From positions 1 through 45,252 of IMG/VR virus record IMGVR_UViG_3300048575_000491: a DNA stretch of 45,252 bases; one strand, 5' to 3'. Within the stretch, counting starts at the first letter, position 1. Each line of letters begins with the position of its first letter. This DNA is from a virus. Taxonomy: Duplodnaviria; Caudoviricetes. The position numbers and the translations under genes were made by a program. Shown in pieces: positions 44,844 through 45,252 of the stretch. Under the pieces are notes generated by a model, which was not told the origin of the DNA, searched no databases, and worked only from the letters and a program-made list of their open reading frames with translations.

Positions 44844-45252
44844 TGATCCGCTCCCAGATTTCCTTCTTCTTGCGGCTGCGCCGCCGCTCCTCGACTGTCA
44901 CCTTGCCCAACTCGTAGACGGCCGCCTGTTCGGGCGAGAGCACCACATAGCCGGCCGGGCAGGCGGCTGCCAAAATCCGGGCATCGCCGAGGATCACGGT
45001 CAGAGCGGCGGCGTATTCCATGGGAATGTGCCGTTCCCCGGCCTTGCTCTCGGCGGTCCAGCTGTTGATGTGGTGGATGCTGACCTGATCTCCGGTCAGG
45101 CGGGACAACTCCCCGGCGACGTATTCGCGGGACAGGCCCGAGGCGGCCAAGGCGTCGCGCACGGCCTCATGGACAGCCTCGCGGCAGCGCAAGCTGCCGG
45201 CCGCCATGTTGGCCGTGGGCAGGCTGGACAAGGGCAGCGTGAGCTGCACCAT
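44833..45252 (-). CDS. Early regulatory HTH-like protein
   Basis: SRE.VA.ELS.LTG..VS...INSWTAES...H.P pattern seen upstream of Mu-like transposases. Confidence 0.7.
   Translation of the reverse strand: MVQLTLPLSSLPTANMAAGSLRCREAVHEAVRDALAASGLSREYVAGELSRLTGDQVSIHHINSWTAESKAGERHIPMEYAAALTVILGDARILAAACPAGYVVLSPEQAAVYELGKVTVEERRRSRKKKEIWERINGA

Larger units (their letters stand above)
8976..45252 (-). mobile_element. Mu-like transposable prophage with non-contractile tail; left end beyond the window
   Basis: MuA/MuB, GemA, Mor, gp25-gp30, I, T, gp36, gp37 and com in Mu-like order; no sheath or baseplate genes. Confidence 0.95.

Overview
The window holds two adjacent mobile elements. (1) 1-~8826 is a ~9 kb integrative element, probably a satellite or integrated plasmid-like element. 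It has a tyrosine integrase, an HTH excisionase, an HTH Rep with five downstream iterons, RHH and XRE regulators and a serine resolvase. It ends in a 3' fragment of tRNA-Glu(CTC) (att site) plus a terminator. (2) ~8976-45252 is most of a Mu-like transposable prophage, all on the minus strand, with the repressor and left end outside the window. It carries an early operon (HTH, MuA, MuB, DUF3164, GemA, Mor/C), lysis, Mu-type head and packaging genes, a sheath-less tail with a 2071-aa tape measure, a patatin phospholipase, and a com + DNA methyltransferase pair in the mom position. The strongest hidden signal is three intact type II hammerhead ribozymes plus one truncated relic in the early operon. 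Each lies between a stop codon and the next start, and one is directly in front of the transposase. Two tRNA-sized cloverleaf RNAs also occur, one upstream of com and one downstream of MuF. A Desulfovibrionaceae-like host is only my impression. All protein calls come from motif and synteny recognition; no database searches were run.
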